From positions 1 through 64,000 of the forward strand of contig JANHCV010000003.1 in NCBI GenBank assembly GCA_025594325.1: DNA of 64,000 nt, read 5' to 3'. Each line of letters begins with the position of its first letter. Position 1 is the first letter of the stretch. This stretch comes from Blastocladiella emersonii ATCC 22665. Taxonomy: Eukaryota > Fungi > Blastocladiomycota. The notes under the pieces were generated by a model, which saw nothing but the letters and a program-made list of their open reading frames with translations, ran no database searches and was not told the DNA's origin. Of this stretch, positions 37,486 to 49,136 are shown piece after piece. Both the position numbers and the translations under genes were made by a program.

Positions 37486-38760
37486 ATGTCGCTCCTCGCC
37501 AAGCTCTCCATGGTGTCGTCGTCGTTCCCGACCGGTGCCCGCGCGCGCACGCAGGTGTTCTCTTCGCCATCTCGCACTGCTCCGATGGCGGCCCATGTTC
37601 TCTCCAAGGGCTCGCCTGCCGCCTCCGGCGCAGTTGCACCTACTCGCCCCGTCTCGGCCGGCCATCCCGCCGTGGCCTGCTCCTCGACCGGGTCGCAGCA
37701 GCCGCTTCCGCTCGCTCAGGTCGGCAACCTCGCCGATTCGGGCGTTGTGGCCTCGACACCGACCAGCTCGACCGAGCGCATCCACTGCGCGTCGTCGTCG
37801 GGCCCCAAGACCACCACCAAGAACTCCAAGGCCGGCGCGCGCGTGCATGCGGCGGCTGCCGCGGTTCGCCACGCGGCGCAGTCGGCCTCGTGTGCCGTTC
37901 GCCGCGCCGCTCTCGCTGTTCCCGCCGCCGGTTCCGGCGCCGCTGCGCGACTCGGCCAGCTGTTCAGTCGCGGCTGCCGCCAGCAGCAGCAGGCTGCCCA
38001 ACTGACCGGCGTCGCCGCGGGCCTCGACTTTATGGCGCGCAACGGCGACCCGCTCGCGTGCCCGGGCGTCTGTGGTACACGCAGCACCGAGGTGTTCCGC
38101 CTCATCGACACGAACCAGCTCGGCTCGGGTCGCTACCAGGGCGACGAGGACGAGGACGACGAGGACGGCGACGAGATGCCCGAGTGGGAGTACCAGACGC
38201 TGCGCCGCATCGAGCGGACCATGCCAGCCGTCCTCGTCGACTTCCTCGGCCCGCAGCTCACCGACTTCCGCACCGAGAAGGCGCTCTCGCCGGCGGCCAT
38301 CCACCAGATTGCCGCCGAGATCCGCGAGCACTCGGACGTGTATCAGTACGTCGTGTCCCGCTTCGAGCTCGGCGCGGCCCAGAACAACTACTCGGGCCTG
38401 CCGCGCGATCCGGTCCTGCAGTCGGCGATCGCGGCGCTCGACGCCAAGCTCAAGCCGATGCTGCGCTTCAAGCAGCAGCAGGCGCAGCAGAGTGGCGGCG
38501 TGTCGTTCCGCACCAAGCAGCACGCGGCCGACTTTGGCGCGTATCTGCGGTACATGGGCCGCGTGCACGACGCGGACATGCAGTTCGGCGCCAAGTCCGA
38601 GCCGGGTGGCCCGGGCGCCGCGGCGCGGTCCCTCGCGGCGCTGTCGGTGCTGCACCTCACGGGCACCAACGTGCACGACTCGCGCACCGACACGCGCTTT
38701 GCCCGCGACGCGCCCATCGCGCTCTACTATCTCTTCGCGGTCAGCCGCCTTGACTTCTAG
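37486..38760 (+). CDS. Orphan protein, family member A (low-complexity N-terminus + conserved C-terminal domain of about 190 aa)
   Basis: GCCACCATG start context, intronless ORF with host codon usage; C-terminus aligns with the protein encoded at 62326-62898. Confidence 0.75.
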   Translation: MSLLAKLSMVSSSFPTGARARTQVFSSPSRTAPMAAHVLSKGSPAASGAVAPTRPVSAGHPAVACSSTGSQQPLPLAQVGNLADSGVVASTPTSSTERIHCASSSGPKTTTKNSKAGARVHAAAAAVRHAAQSASCAVRRAALAVPAAGSGAAARLGQLFSRGCRQQQQAAQLTGVAAGLDFMARNGDPLACPGVCGTRSTEVFRLIDTNQLGSGRYQGDEDEDDEDGDEMPEWEYQTLRRIERTMPAVLVDFLGPQLTDFRTEKALSPAAIHQIAAEIREHSDVYQYVVSRFELGAAQNNYSGLPRDPVLQSAIAALDAKLKPMLRFKQQQAQQSGGVSFRTKQHAADFGAYLRYMGRVHDADMQFGAKSEPGGPGAAARSLAALSVLHLTGTNVHDSRTDTRFARDAPIALYYLFAVSRLDF

Positions 38761-40812
38761 TTAGTTGATTCATTTTGATGTGCGTGGCGGCCTTCGCCCC
38801 GCCTGTATATACCCAGTTCCTCGTTTTCTCACCTCACATGGACTGTATTCGTTGAGCTGCTCATTACGCACGCCTCCTCCCCCATGCTTCGAGAATCCTG
38901 ATTTTGCCTCAGACGGGGAGGCTGATCGTCCGAGCGCGATGTTCATCTCGATCGGTCGCAAAAGGAGGGAGCGCGAGTGGGTTGTGGTGGCGGGATCGGA
39001 AAACAGCACACCGGGACCAGCACAAGGTGTGCAGCATCGAGGGTGAGGACCGCAGGCCTCGAAATCGACGACCAAGAGCATCGCGCCGCCGCTGACCCGC
39101 ACCACCCTGATCTCGGGTCACAGCTCGAGCATCGCGACGTTGCCAGACTGGCGCGGCTCGCATGAACGCATCGTCGCATCAGCGCATGACTGCTCGGGAT
39201 ACCGGTGCAGTGACGTGGCCGATGCTGGTTGCGCATAGCGACGTGGCCGATGCGGGTTGCTCGGAGCCCACGACGCCAGCGGGCTGGCCGTGCGCGTGGG
39301 ATGCGACGTAGACGTAGAATAGCAACGGATCGATGATGTGCAGCAATTCAAGTCTCGAATCCATTGGTTTCCGTCGCTTGAGAGTAGTTGAGAAGGGGCG
39401 GGAGCGTCGAGTACATCGGGCATCGACGTGGCGCTCACAAGCGTCGACCGACCTCGCCCAACCCTTCGCGGCCGATCCTCCTCCTCTCCTCCAACCACCC
39501 TCACCGAACCGTCATGAAAGACACCATGCAAAGCGAGGCTGGCCCTCCACTGCTCACACTTGCGAGGTTACCGTCCGACGTCGTTGATCCGGTCCTCGCG
39601 CTGGCCTAGCCGCGCAGGATCCTCTGCGCCGGCCGCTTCGACTTGCCTTCATTCTGTGGAGCATAGTGTTCGCTTGTTGGGCGGATCCCCGCATCAGTCC
39701 GACCTGATAGCAGCTGCGACCCTCCAGCAAGTCGATTCTGTGCCTCCTGAGGGTCACCTTGAACGCTGACAAGCGTCTTGTGGACTCGCTGATGGGGAAC
39801 GATCGACCCGATTCGCTTCCCGCGGTCCTGGAACGCCGTTTTCGGGACCAACGCTGCTCGCTCTTCGTATCGCCTGCGCGCTGCCAGTTGGACCAGATTC
39901 AGCTCGACTGGTTCGATGTTGCAGAACCAGGTCCGGGGCTACTGTGCCCGACTACTCGACTACCCACGCCTTCACACGCGCTCCCGACGCTTCTTCACGC
40001 CATGTTTGGACCGCGGCGGCGAGCCAGGTTAAGCTGAAGTCCCTCAGCGGCCCGTCGATTCCACACTTGCGGCCTTACCCGAGCCTCTTGGCCTTTCCTC
40101 GGGGCTCTCTGTCCGGTGCTCGCTTTGTCGCAGCCCCGCAGGACTCGCCGCTGCATCCGACCTCTGGGAACAGCCGGTTTGCTCATTCTTGGGGCTCAAG
40201 TTCGCTTTGCTGACGGGCTCAGCCTCCAGTTCGGCTCGCTCGCTTGCGACCCTGGGACTTGCGCTTCGCTGACGTGCTGACAACCAGTTCGATTATGGGT
40301 CCCACGAGCTCGGCTCCCGTGGTTACTTGCAGCTGCTTGCTTCGCTGGCCACGTCGTCCGCGTCATCATTTTGAGGCCTAATCCGCCCACCAACCCTTCA
40401 GGAATTGGCATGACCGCACTGGATTCTCGCTTGATATCGACGCTTCGGGAACTTTCGACATCTCGGGCGGCGTATCTGGCTTATCGCGTAGGCTCTCGCA
40501 TGAATGGATGGATACCGACCAATGTGCTCACGTTGGTAGTCGCGGCCATCGTGGCCCAACCTCCCCTAGCGCAGCTCTAATGATGCAGCCCGTGCTAATT
40601 CTCTATCCACTCACGCCTCACTCTATAATTACTATTTACACTCTCTCCCACGCCCTTTGAGACTTTGTTGAACCGCGCCCGCGCGGTTTGTGTTGTCGAT
40701 TTTCGGTGATGGCCAGGACGGCACGCGCCGCGGACGTGGTGCACTCACGCCCCCGACGACAATGCTCTGACCGAGGCGCTAGCACTGGATGCGCGTCGGG
40801 AAAAACTGGAGC

Positions 40813-42668
40813 TCACTCGTTATTGCGCGTCGGGAAGAGTTTCACGACGACCGAGGAGGGAACGCGTACCCGTGCCGCGTCGGTGTGGTGCTCGACCCGC
40901 GAGGGCACCGACTTGACGGACACGCGCGACGAGGCCAGCTTGTGCGGCTGTTGCTGATAGTTCTGGGCTGACTTGGCGGACTTGATGGTATGGACCTACA
41001 CGGTTGCGCGAGTAAGCCGACTGATCGACACGGCCGAGGCGAGAACCGCAGAACGCACCGACTTGGAGCCGATGACGGCCGACTGCTGAGCAGGTTCGGC
41101 GGCGGCCTTGGCGCTGCTGGTGCGGAGGCCGAGGCGGTTGAGGATGCCCTTGGCGAGCCGCACGGGCGCCGAGGAGCGCTTGTGCGGAACATGCTACGGG
41201 TTTCGGCGGTGCAAGGGTCAGAGTCGAATCGTGCGGATGCGTAAGAGGGGAGCGTACCGAGATGCCGCAGAACTCGACCGCGACGGCCGACTTGTCGCGG
41301 ACCGTAGCTGATACGGTCGGCGCGGGCTTGAAGATGGCGGCGAGAACGCCGGGCTTGGTGGCAGTCGTAGTCGCCGCGGCGGGCGGCATGGTGGCGGCGT
41401 CGACCTTGACGCCCGAGTCCGCCTTGATCAGCGCGGGTTGGGCCGGCTTCTTGACGTCGGCGGCGGTGGTCTGCGCCGCGACTTGCTGCTGCTGCTTGGC
41501 CGGCTCGTCGATCGCGGCGGCGAGTGGGGCCGGGAAGTCGACCTCGCCGTCGAACGCCGACTTGACAGCCATGTTGGTCGGGAGGTCGGACTCGGTCGAG
41601 TCCTCGCGGGGACCGAGGTGGAACGCGCGGGCGCTCGTGTTGGCGGCGACGGAGGACTCGCTGTTGCACGTGTCGCTGAGGGCCGAGTGGACGGCCTCGG
41701 CCGACTCGACCGAGGTCTCGAGCTCGTCGTTGATCGGGTACATGGCGACCATGCTGGCGGAGCGCGACTTGCGCACGGGAACGAGGTCGCGGGACAGGTC
41801 GGCGGCCATGCCGAGCGAGCCGGCCGAGATGGACCGCGACAGGATCGTGAGCGCACGAGGCGCGGGAGAGTACACGGAGAGCAGGGGTGAGCAATTGCCC
41901 GTACATGTCTAGTATCAAACGATATCGTACTGAGAAGGTGTTGCCGAGAAGTGTTGTAGGGCAGGCGGCGATGAGGTTGGAGGATGCCGGCTTGCGGCCG
42001 ATCAGGTTGACGAGGTACAGGCTGCCGTCGTTGGAAATGCCGAAGACGATGTTGGTGCCGGTGAACGTGATCGAGTAGAGGCAGACGGTCACGTGCGGGC
42101 AAAAGCTCACGATGACGGTGGCCGAGACGCGCAGGTGCAGGAGGCCGCCGTGGAAGTACGCCGAGCGCGAGTTGCGGTACTCGGCGAGCGAGAGGGTGGC
42201 GATGCCGTGGGCCTGGAACCAGCCAGGGTGCGTGGAGATGAAGAAGTCGAAGCGGAACACGAGCATCGTGACCGGGCGCCGGGCGAGTGTGGCGAAGATC
42301 GAGTCGATGGCCGGGAGCAGGTGCATGGCGAAGAGACGCGACGTGAGGTTGGTGAAGGCGGCGGCCATGTGGTCCGCGTGGTGGTGCGAGACGGCCGTGG
42401 TGATGAGCAGCGAATAGTAGCCGTGGATGCGCGAGGGCTTGGCGAGCAGCGAGGCGATGGCGACCGTGGTCGTGGCCGAGACGGAGTACAGGTTGACGGT
42501 GGCGAGGTTGCGGGTGGTGGCGGGCGACGCGAGGATGAGGTCCGAGGACGGGCAGGCGGTGGCGGTGGCGGTGGCGGGCTCAGCGAAGTTGGACCCGGCG
42601 AGCACGACGGCGCTGAGGCCGATGATGGCCGCGAGGGCGAGCGCAAACAGGGTCATGAAGAGATCCAT
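40813..42668 (-). CDS. Orphan protein with hydrophobic N-terminus (signal peptide or TM), 4 predicted exons
   Basis: MDLFMTLFALALAAIIGLSAVVLAG...; phase-0 introns 41257-41194 and 41058-40996 are canonical; intron 41930-41870 has a GT donor but ends in AC. Confidence 0.55.
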
Positions 42669-44577
42669 GGTTGCGGTGGGTCTTGGACAGGTCGGTCGAC
42701 TCGATGGCGACGTGGTACTGTCGAGGACGGGGTCTGCGGCGAGCGGCGGCAGGATACCGGGTGTACGGCTACGGAGAGGTGCGTAGCGGTGTGTGGCGAC
42801 GGGGGCAGCGAGGCGATGAATACTCGAGTTCGTCGACGAGTGGGCAAGAGGAGAGAGCAACGTCGTGCTGCTCAGCGCGGACCGCGGGGCGCCGTGCCGC
42901 GGGCGGCCACGATTCAGAGCGAATGGGCCAGTAGCTGCATCAAGTGCGAGACGGGTGGGAGGCGTCGTAGATGGTGTCGGGCAGAAGCGAGTATGGCTGG
43001 ATGCTCGAGCGCGGTAGCGTGGTATTCAGCGCACGTGAGGCCGCGGCGAAGGGCCAAGGCCAGGTCGGCGGCCATGTCCCCCACCTCCTCGCCCTCCCGC
43101 ATCGCACCCAGCGCTTGATCATGTATCGATGTCACTTGCATACAATCGATGAGATTCGACGCCGCAAGCGCGGGCCGGGCGGCCGCCGTGACTGGCGTCG
43201 AGTCACAGCAGCGCGCGGTCGCCGCGGCTGCCGGCCGACCATGGATCACGGAATGCAGTCTTTTGATGGATGGCGCGACTCGGTGCAAGCTGACCGTGAG
43301 CTGGCCCACCTCGCCACCGGCGGCAGCGCGGGGCGGCCAGCGCGAGTGTGGTTCGGGCTAGCCGCGCGCGCGTGCGGTCTCGGTCGTCGCGTTGGTCGGC
43401 CCGCGTACGTCGACCGGCCGCTTCTTCTCAGCCCCCTTCTCGCCTCCTCGACCGCAGAAGCTCCTCGAGCTCACCGAACATGGCTGCCCGTATGCGCTCT
43501 CATGGTGACCGTCGCCGAGTGTTCGCGTCCCGAGACACCAGCACGGGACCAAGTTCGCGTTGAGCGTCCACGCCCGCGGTTGAGCCGCTCATCCAACAAC
43601 CGACGGCGCCCTTTATCGTGCGTGTGTGCCCGACTGCATTCCGAGCATGGACCGCGTCCGCCATTGGGATCGACCGCCACCTCATCGTTGAGTGCGCCAC
43701 GACTGCTTCTGGTGCTTGACATCCTGTACTCCACACCCGACCTCGTCGATTGCTCCATGATTCACTTCCGTTGCCTCGACGACATTGCTCGCGCTCCCGG
43801 CCTCACGGCCATCGAGGTTGAGGAGCAGGTGCACGCGCGCGCGTTGCGACGCGTGGAACACGGCCGCGTGATCGCCCCGAGGGCCTTCGGCAGCGGCGGT
43901 CTCTCATCCGGTTGCTCGCTCACCTCGACGCTTACACCACACTGTTTCACGGAGCAAGACTTGATGCAATGCTATGATAGTCATGAATCCAATGAAGACT
44001 AGGTGCCTCGTCCCGGTGTCCTTCCGGCGCCGACTCGGACCCCTTCGCCGCCCCCAGCGAAGCTCCCCGCTGTCCCAGCGACTCGGCCTTCTTCTCATCG
44101 CAAACGCTCTGAACTGCCTTACCTTGACTGCCGACCGCATCAGCACCCGCTCCTCGGACTCTTGCGACAAGTTTTTGGCTGCTTCGTGCAGTGGGAGCGG
44201 TGGGACCTCCTTCGCTACGTTGGCTTCAAACAGCGCGAATCCTCTCGACCGCCGTCCTCTCATGGCACCGTGTGCTCGTTGCTGACGTTACGCCGAACGT
44301 GGCCGTCCGAGTCGGTGAACGTCCCGCGGCCTGCCCAGCCCCCTCGCATCAATGACATAAGACAGCCCCGCAGGCAAAAAAATATGCTCGTTCTTGCTGT
44401 ACTAGACACCTCTCCTCTCAACTCGGTCCTTGCCTAGAGCCACGCCCACGCATTTCGCTGCGATTCTGCACATCATGGCCGAGATGAACGCTCAGGGCAG
44501 TATTTGCGCGCATTGGGCACTCCCAGTTCGAGTCTTCAGAGCCAGTTAACTTTGAACGCGCACAAGACACTGTATTT

Positions 44578-45936
44578 TCAATCATGGATATCGACCTCGC
44601 TGAGAGGGTCCCAAACCTGCTCCGCATCCCAATCGGTGAGGATTCCATCGATTTCCTCGCGGGTGAACGTCGAGCTGGTAATCGAAAAGTTGTTCTGCGC
44701 CTCGACCTCATCGGAGACCGTGTCAATCTCCTGGACGTCAATCGAGCGCGTCCCACGCTTAACGTAGTTCTTGAACCGGGTGTCGAAGCGCGAGGCCAGC
44801 GCGTTGATGTCAAGCAGGATGAGGTTGTTGGTTTGGTAGTCGGGGCTGAGCGAGTTGCCGCGACCAAACAGCTGGAGCAGCGAGCCAAAGGTCATGGCAC
44901 CGAGCGGGATGACGATGGCCGTGCGCTTCTCGTGCCAGCCGACCGAGAGCATGTCGCAGACGATCAGGATGTGGATGCGGTTCTCCGAGTAGTCCTTGAG
45001 GATCGAGGCCATGCTGCTTGGCGGGGTATTGGATGTGATGATTGCGGCCTGCAGGTTGACAAACTTCTTTTGGATGATGTTGAACCAGTGCTCACACGTG
45101 TCGATGCGCGAGCCCTTGAACAGGATGCCGGGCGGGCGGTCGTTGACTGTCATGTCCTTGGACAGGCGCAGCGCCGCGGCGAGGAGCATCGTGAAAGCCG
45201 CCTCCGTGCGGTACACCTTGGCGAGGATGTTGGCCTTGATACGCGGGTTGACGTCCGCCATCATGTCGGCCTTGAGCTGGTCGTGCGAGTCGTAGCCGAT
45301 GTGGTCGAGAATGACGGGGTGGCCGGTGTCGACATACCGGATATACGGGCGCTTGATGTGGTCCAGCGCGCCACACGGAATGGCTTCAATGTGGTGGAAC
45401 AAGTAGAGGTCGTGGAGCTCGGGCGGGGGGAACGCCGTGTACGTGACGATGATCTGGCCGGGCGGGCGGTTCTCGAGCAGCTTGTTGAACGTTGCGGCCG
45501 GGATGTCCTGGACCTCGTCGATCTGGATCAGCGAGTACTTTTTCTGCGTGTCGGGACCGAGGCGCATGAACGTCTTGGAACCGTAGTAGTCGTGGCACGG
45601 GTCGTCAATGACCGTCTTGTGCTTGTCCATGTTGAGCCGACCGAGTAACGCGGCCCCAAACGGCAGCCTCGCCTCGCCAAAGGCGAGTTCCGCGAACCGG
45701 CCGTCGCGGAAGAACGACGAGTTGGACAGGTTGATCTGCTTCCACTTGCAGATCGTGGCCGTGGCGCCGATGCGGAGGAAGAAGGGGAGCATGGCCATGA
45801 TGTAGGACTTGCCGGCACCAGTCGGAATGACGACCGAGACGTCATTCTCGCCGTCCTTGACCTGCTTGAGCACGTCGAGCAGCACGTTGCGTTGATGCAG
45901 GTACAGCTTCTCACCTCCGGCTTCATTGTAAACTGG
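44578..45936 (-). CDS. SF2 helicase/ATPase of ResIII (type III restriction res subunit)-like type, 5' end unresolved
   Basis: KLYLHQRNVL (Q motif region), VIPTGAGKS (Walker A), IQIDEVQDIPAATF (motif II), VTYTAFP (III), ILIVCDMLSVGW (V), QLFGRGNS (VI). The frame opens after a TGA at 45939-45937 with no ATG before the Q motif. Confidence 0.8.
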   Translation of the reverse strand, partial: PVYNEAGGEKLYLHQRNVLLDVLKQVKDGENDVSVVIPTGAGKSYIMAMLPFFLRIGATATICKWKQINLSNSSFFRDGRFAELAFGEARLPFGAALLGRLNMDKHKTVIDDPCHDYYGSKTFMRLGPDTQKKYSLIQIDEVQDIPAATFNKLLENRPPGQIIVTYTAFPPPELHDLYLFHHIEAIPCGALDHIKRPYIRYVDTGHPVILDHIGYDSHDQLKADMMADVNPRIKANILAKVYRTEAAFTMLLAAALRLSKDMTVNDRPPGILFKGSRIDTCEHWFNIIQKKFVNLQAAIITSNTPPSSMASILKDYSENRIHILIVCDMLSVGWHEKRTAIVIPLGAMTFGSLLQLFGRGNSLSPDYQTNNLILLDINALASRFDTRFKNYVKRGTRSIDVQEIDTVSDEVEAQNNFSITSSTFTREEIDGILTDWDAEQVWDPLSEVDIHD

Positions 45937-46279
45937 TCATAGAACGGCTGCCACCACCCGTGGTCGGTCCCAACGGCCAGTTGGCGATGCCACGGGCCGG
46001 ACCACATCGCCTCGATGCTGTCGAACTGCAGCGGAGGAAGCTCGAGTGCGGCGGACGTGGTGGGGACAGACCGAGTAGAGGACCGAGCCGGGCGGGCCGA
46101 GTAGAGGAGCGGGTTGGGCTGGCCAAGCAGAGGGCCGAGTAGATGGCAGCTGAAACCGCAGCGCCAGGGGTTTTGACCGCGGTCATGTGAGTGGCGCAAC
46201 GCGTTCCTCGGAACGCGCCGACGTGATCGCGGACACTTTGCCCGGTTGGCCGAGCTTTAAGCCCAAGACTCCAATCTCG

Positions 46280-48050
46280 GATGTCGATCTTGGAGGATGC
46301 GACCAGGGTCGCCAACCTCACGACCAAAACCCTTCGATCGGCGTTTGCAAACGGCATTTCTCTAGGGTACCCGTCGCGGCGTTCCCGAATCCAAGCTTTT
46401 TTCCACGGCCGGACGCAGCTTGGTGCGCTGTCTGAGCTCAGTGCGTGGACAACCAATTTTTGGGGCAGCAACCACGAGCGACGCGACCTCGGCCAGCGCG
46501 TCACGGCCCTGATGCGACGGTTCAGCTTTCCCCACGTCTGAGTCACGTTGATGCCGAACCCGAACAACTTGGCGACGCTCAACGTCTGGTGCGGCGGCGA
46601 CACGGCGGAGCTCGTGGCGTGTTCTGCAGACGGTGGCGACCAGCAGTACCGCGACGCGGGCGCGCGCATGATCGCCGGCTCAAACCTGTCGCCCAAGCAG
46701 CTGCCGCTCCGAGGTCACGGGCTCGAACCCGACCACGCAGACCGTTTGGTACCTGCATAACCGCGGGCTCGTCATGGAGCATTTGTTTGACTGGCTGATG
46801 GACAAGAGCGCCGCATCGGACAAGCTGGGCGTTATTGGCTACACGTGCGCCTGCTTCATGGCCGAGGACCAGTCGTCCGAGACCCCACATCACGGCTTGC
46901 TCAGCTCGCGCGCATCATGGACTAGGGCACGGGCGGATTCGTGAGGGGATCGCTGGAACTCGCTGTACCTGTTCCCGACGGGAACCACTCGAGCTTCCGC
47001 TCCGAGCTGTGGTGCGCCCTCGCCGCCGCCGCATTCGCTTGCCGCGGCGCCAAGCTCACGCTCACGCTCACGCTCACGCTCGACAGCAAGGGCGTCGTCA
47101 ACTCGGCCGCCAAGATACTCTTGCTAGCTCCAAGGGTGCGGGTCCGCGCTTGCTCTAATGGTCCGTGCTCCGCTGTATCATCACAGCCCGCGAGCTCCAG
47201 GTCGACTTCGAATGGGTCCGCAGCCACGCCGGGAACTCGGGTAACGAGGAGGCCGACGCGCTCGCCGACCAGGGCGCCACCGCGCATTTGCCCCTGGAAG
47301 TCGCGGTCGCCGTCCGCGCGGATCTGGACACGCCCTTTACGGTGCGCTGACGCGGCTGCGACCTCAACTCGGATCCGCAACGCTCTCTCCGCGGTCGGCA
47401 CAGCGCCCGACACGACTCGCTGCTCGCCCTGACCGCGGCAGCTGGCGTCGCGCCCGCGCCCATCGACGTCTCGGCTCTCCCCGCCGCGCTTCGGGGCGGC
47501 CCGCGCCGCGCCCGCACGAGCGAGTCCCTCGCTGTAAACTCGCTCCTGAGCTTCCAGCTCCCGCGCGCTCGCGGGCCAGCTGCCGACCCGCGCCCGTCTG
47601 CACCAGTTCTGGCTACACCGCTACGAGTCGCCCAACTGCGCAGAGTGCCTCAAGGCTGGCGTCGAGGTCTCCGACATGCAGGCGCACGCGTTCGCGTGTC
47701 CCGCTTCGCGCGCACTCGTCCCCGCGGCGCTTGACAACGTCGCCCCCCGCATCAGCAGCGCCCTTGCGGCGGTCGCTAAGAACAAGATTGGCAGCGGCCT
47801 TCGCGCCAGCGTCGCCGGCTCGCTCGCCGAGCGGCTCCTCAACCCGAACCGCATCGAACGCACCGCGGCTGCCATCGTGGACGCGCCGCTCGTCGTGTAG
47901 TTCAAGCAGATGTACAGCCCCCTGCGCGAGCTCATCGACCCACTTCTCGCGCTTCCCGCTGCGACGGCCATCGCATTGAGCGCCGTGCGGGAGCGTGCCT
48001 GGCGCCCGCGCTGCAACACGATCGCTGATGTTGCGCCGGTGATTCATGAC
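46280..48050 (+). mobile_element. Decayed 3' fragment of a non-LTR (LINE) retrotransposon ORF2: RNase H + CCHC zinc knuckle
   Basis: SSFRSELWCAL...LDSKGVV...FEWVRSHAGNSGNEEADALADQGA (RNase H, about 46990-47280); CAECLKAGVEVSDMQAHAFAC (47637-47700); W.PRC-like tail. Stops at 47348 and 47898 and frameshifts. Boundaries approximate; no RT motifs seen. Confidence 0.8.
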
Positions 48051-49136
48051 GGCGCCTTGTTGTCACCCAACGCGAGCGACCAGCCGCAGCGTCTTCCGTT
48101 GAAGCGCGCGCACCGCGTAGCACTTGGGCGTCGCGCATTGCTGCGTCGCGCCGCCCCCTCGTCCCTAACGACGAGTGGCGCGGGGTCTAGCCCTCGGTTA
48201 AAAACCAGACGCGAAGTGTCTAGGTGGTTCAAGTAAAATTGCACCAGTTCGCGGGGCGGACAAAGGACCAACGTCAGCGACGGGTTGCCACGCGGGCCGC
48301 ATCGACGCGCGCGCCGATATCGTGTGACAGTCTCACGGGCGCGCTCTCCGCGTTGCACCGACGCCGGCGATCGCAACTTCGCTGAGCAAGCTGGTGCAAG
48401 TTCGGCGGGACGGCGTTGGCGAGGCCGCCGGGGTAGCGCGTCGCAACCCGACCAGCGTGGTCATCGCGGCCCCCGGGCGCGGCCCATCCCCTGGCACCGC
48501 CGCCGACCGTGGCTTTCACGTCGGCCAGCAGCGTAAGCGAACCGTGGTGCGATGACGAGGGTTGCACCCCTCTCGCTTCACTCACCTCGGTCGTCGCGGG
48601 AGGAGCGAGGGTTGATGAACACACGGCGCGTTTCAGATCGCGCGCCGGCGGCTGCAGCAGCTGCAGCGCGGTGATGCCGATCCGAAACGGCCCCGTCGGA
48701 ATCGCGAAGCGCGCGGAGGCGTTCCGGATATCCACCAGGTAGGTTGTGTTGATACGGTGCCGACCGTGCCGCCGGATTACGTGAGGGTGGGAGCCGTACA
48801 TATTCGGCGACCGCCCCGCACCGGGCCTCGCAGTCCATCCGGCCGCCCGTCCATGGGATTTCATTCTGCTACTCAAGAGCTCCCTCAGCGAGCTGGTGCG
48901 CGTCCATCCTCCGAGTTCATCAGCGGAGGCGCGACGCGTCGCGTTGTGCGCGGGCACGCGATCGCGGCGATTGGCAGGCCGTCCCTCCGCCATCTCGCGC
49001 CCGTTGCGCTCGCGCTCTCTCCCCGCCGTCCCCGCCCCCGCACTTGCCATGTAAGCTGACTGACCCGCCGCCGTCCCCGCGACGCCGCAGCCCCGCATAG
49101 CCCCATCCCGACCCTGTATCCACTACCGCGACGACG

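Noticed and set aside
48400-48900. Minus-strand coding-like stretch (TYLVDIRNASARFAIPTGPFRIGITALQLLQPP...) with a GTGAGT donor
   Set aside because: Too short, no recognisable motif, start or partner exon.
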